A DNA stretch of 64,000 bases, from assembly GCA_020724905.1 (NCBI GenBank), contig DYGB01000003.1, positions 1,431 to 65,430 on the forward strand. The letters are read 5' to 3'. A program made the position numbers and the translations under genes. The notes under the pieces are model-generated. The model worked only from the letters and a program-made list of their open reading frames with translations. It had not been told where the DNA came from and ran no database searches. Origin of the DNA: Candidatus Paceibacter sp. Its GTDB lineage: Bacteria; Patescibacteriota; Minisyncoccia; UBA6257; JAGOQP01. Positions 62,601 through 64,000 of this stretch are shown here, piece after piece (the stretch's first letter is position 1; the number at the start of each line of letters is the position of its first letter).

Positions 62601-63695
62601 CTTTCTCAGACAACACAAGAGGTTCGAGTTGAATACTCTTATGACATTGAGCCATTCCAACAGGGTATTTCTGGATTGAAGAGAGGAACTACCTATTACT
62701 TCCGTGCAGTTGCACGAAACAACTATGGAGAATCAAAGGGTCAGATACTTTCATTTACCACCTTTGGTGAAGGAAGTACCGGACAGATTCCTTCGGTAAC
62801 AACACAACTTCCTACCTTTACTTCTCAGAATGCATTGATTCTCTCAGGTTCAGTAAATCCAAATGGAACATCAGATACCAAGGCATGGTTTGAGTACGGT
62901 GTCACTGCAACACTTGGTTCACAAACAGGTTCTCGTGACATTGGTTCTGGAACTCAGTCAGCACAGTTTGCCTATGCACTTACAGGACTTACCCCAAATA
63001 CCTCTTACTTCTACCGAGCAGTTGCGCAAAACGAATACGGTATTGTGAAAGGAGCTATTCTTGTAGGGACAACGCGATCTGTTATAACTGGTCCAATCCC
63101 TCCAAACCCAACTCCAGTTCCAACACCAATTGTTGTGCAGACATCAAGCACAGGAGCAGGATCATGTCTTCTCCTTATGCCAACACTTGATACCACAGGA
63201 CTAGATGAAGGAGAACCATTTATCTTCTCAGTATCATATACCAACAACTGTACCTATGATCTTGAGAACGCATATCTTAAAGTTATTCTCCCAACAGAAA
63301 CAGTATACCAATCAACAAACTTCCCATTCTTTGACAGAGATGCAAATGGTATCACCTACAACTTGGGAACAGTACGAGCAGGAGCACAATCATCTATCAG
63401 TCTTGAAGGAGAATTAAGTGGTGGAGCAAATATAGGAGATAGTGTTATCTTCAGCTCTGTCCTTAATTACATTGACCCTGAGGAACAACCACAATCAATT
63501 AGTGCCTATCTTACCGCACAGGTAACCTCAGAAAGAACCCTTACTGCTACTATCTTAGATGCCCTTGGTGGACTCTTTGAATCATGGTGGTTTAGCCTTC
63601 TTCTCTTACTCCTCGTTCTTGGTCTTATCTTCTGGATTTTCTTTAGAAAGAGAAAGGGAGAGGAAAAAGAACAGGTTGATGTGTTAAAAGTATAA
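59673..63695 (+). CDS. large surface protein with eight fibronectin type III-like repeats and C-terminal membrane anchor
   Basis: Signal peptide, repeats P.V.T..IT..A.L.G.VNP.G..YWFEYG..GL..T.YYYR, poly-Gly linkers, TM + RKRK; promoter TTGACA-17-TATAAT at 59607. Confidence 0.88.
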   Translation: MTILKRITVVVLMVGTVLVGTGPLFPVEAITTAKSTNIVEGGSSGVAPVTTSITKSTESATVVTEGTSTTNTSLRSVVRVDDVKKTTSGTSSVKVVKETVSDPTVGSIVKDTKLQVFEEKVVEGEETTEEITGTAWFNTDPQDKKTLRTSNYSRNPQCNTCWESSTYASQGEIVSFVVYYHNTSNSIAEDTRINLSASPQYSNNKIVVTSNLWAGNADTVTDTVDVMMESGSSEPWNVSFDAAFWYPNQDSNNPDPLPYGQNGSTSLSSSGVRIGNITPGWASQGYLVIRLLLEKNGGGGNEPSSPRVVTTDATNIGKTEATINADITPNGLATQYWFEYGKTRSLGTVTLQKTLASSGYDAESVNQELRGLTPDAVYYVRAVAKNSQGKTYGNIKEFRTVSVDGLRAPEVQTLSPDTITSSSARLNGRVNPHGLATTYTFAYGTSQSLGNTVTTHSAGNGSSWKDVSFTLSGLSSDTTYYYRIEATNEKGTVYGDIMSFSTQGTTDPTGAPIVSTLYPSNITQTQATLQGTVNPQGLSTQYWFEYGTTANLGNQTSVSYVSGTGFSTVSVEKALSGLSPDTQYYVRIVGENNKGTTYGTLVSFRTDDAGGGGGNAPFVETIAADNITGTAARIKGTVNPQGVTGTYWFEYGTTPQLGTVTIQQSISAISYNLSVSQNLRGLDENTTYFYRVVGKNATGKTYGNIMSFSTTGGGTTGSAPEVQTLSPDTITSSSARLNGRVNPHGLATTYTFAYGTSQSLGNTVTTHSAGNGSSWKDVSFTLSGLSSDTTYYYRIEADNSKGRDVGDIFSFTTEEGGGGGDFTPTAVTQSTINITSNSGTIRGTVNPKGFTGTYWFEYGTNETSLGSQTTHSTISATTDNTDVSANISGLSENTSYFYRVVIETAMGRAVGSTLSFLTAGGGGGGGGGGGGGPRAPLTQTWNSSDITQNTAILYGGALANGSTAYGWFEYGENRYNLSQTTQEVRVEYSYDIEPFQQGISGLKRGTTYYFRAVARNNYGESKGQILSFTTFGEGSTGQIPSVTTQLPTFTSQNALILSGSVNPNGTSDTKAWFEYGVTATLGSQTGSRDIGSGTQSAQFAYALTGLTPNTSYFYRAVAQNEYGIVKGAILVGTTRSVITGPIPPNPTPVPTPIVVQTSSTGAGSCLLLMPTLDTTGLDEGEPFIFSVSYTNNCTYDLENAYLKVILPTETVYQSTNFPFFDRDANGITYNLGTVRAGAQSSISLEGELSGGANIGDSVIFSSVLNYIDPEEQPQSISAYLTAQVTSERTLTATILDALGGLFESWWFSLLLLLLVLGLIFWIFFRKRKGEEKEQVDVLKV
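60893..62063 (+). repeat. 238-nt internal direct repeat (60893-61130 and 61826-62063)
   Basis: One synonymous mismatch by manual alignment. Confidence 0.93.
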
Positions 63696-63703
63696 TACTG
63701 TCT

Positions 63704-63733
63704 TCACTACCCCCTCATCTGAGGGGGTAGTGA
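63704..63733. terminator. 14-bp hairpin after surface protein gene
   Basis: TCACTACCCCCTCA-TC-TGAGGGGGTAGTGA. Confidence 0.7.
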
Positions 63734-63771
63734 TTTGACAGGGGAGTGTCTGTGCGTTACTATGAAAAACA

Positions 63772-63838
63772 ACAGTCCGCAGACAGTAGGCGCACCTATA
63801 AGTCCTACCGAGGAACTAACGTATGTTGTGCGGCTGTA
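63772..63838 (+). promoter_or_regulatory. ribosomal protein L10 leader
   Basis: CCGCAGACAGTAGG..TAAGTCCTACCGAGG..TGCGG directly upstream of rplJ. Confidence 0.8.
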
Positions 63839-63868
63839 TAAAGGTCGCTTTTTTATATAAAAAAACGT

Positions 63869-64000
63869 ATGAAGACACGACAACAAAAAGAACAACAAGT
63901 TCAAAAAGGAAAAGAACTCTTAGAAAATGCACAATCAGTGGTATTTGTTGATTTCTCAAAAACACCAGTAAGTGCTATTGGAACTATGAAGAATGCACTT
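63869..64000 (+). CDS. rplJ: 50S ribosomal protein L10 (partial)
   Basis: MKTRQQKEQQV..LLENAQSVVFVDFS; L10 leader upstream. Confidence 0.85.
   Translation, partial: MKTRQQKEQQVQKGKELLENAQSVVFVDFSKTPVSAIGTMKNAL

Overview
An AT-rich bacterial chromosome segment typical of Patescibacteria (CPR), probably Parcubacteria. It has dense housekeeping genes (hisS, ftsAZ, class II RNR, leuS, gyrB, secE-nusG-rplK, gatB, thrS, dnaE, rnc, smc, rpsB-tsf), a type IV pilus locus with duplicated major pilins and pilin-LamG fusions, a stand-alone 16S rRNA gene and 11 tRNA genes. Highlights: (1) A diversity-generating retroelement between ybeY and ftsA. Its VR and TR differ at 15 positions, all TR adenines. Its avd accessory gene, missed by the ORF track, lies on the opposite strand, shares a CATG with the likely RT start codon, and is out of frame across a G9 tract (possible phase-variable switch). 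(2) A predicted RNase gene facing a convergent ~90-nt structured RNA with its own promoter and terminator (candidate RNA-antitoxin system). (3) Group I introns in the 16S gene and in tRNA-Thr(GGT), the latter preceded by a LAGLIDADG-like gene that ends on the splice junction. (4) A 16S 3' end lacking the anti-Shine-Dalgarno, together with many near-leaderless promoters. (5) A Panacea/RelE-like toxin-antitoxin module at tRNA-Ala, reduced RF1, SMC and EF-Ts, and further unexplained structured RNA elements. All calls come from manual reading; no database searches were run.
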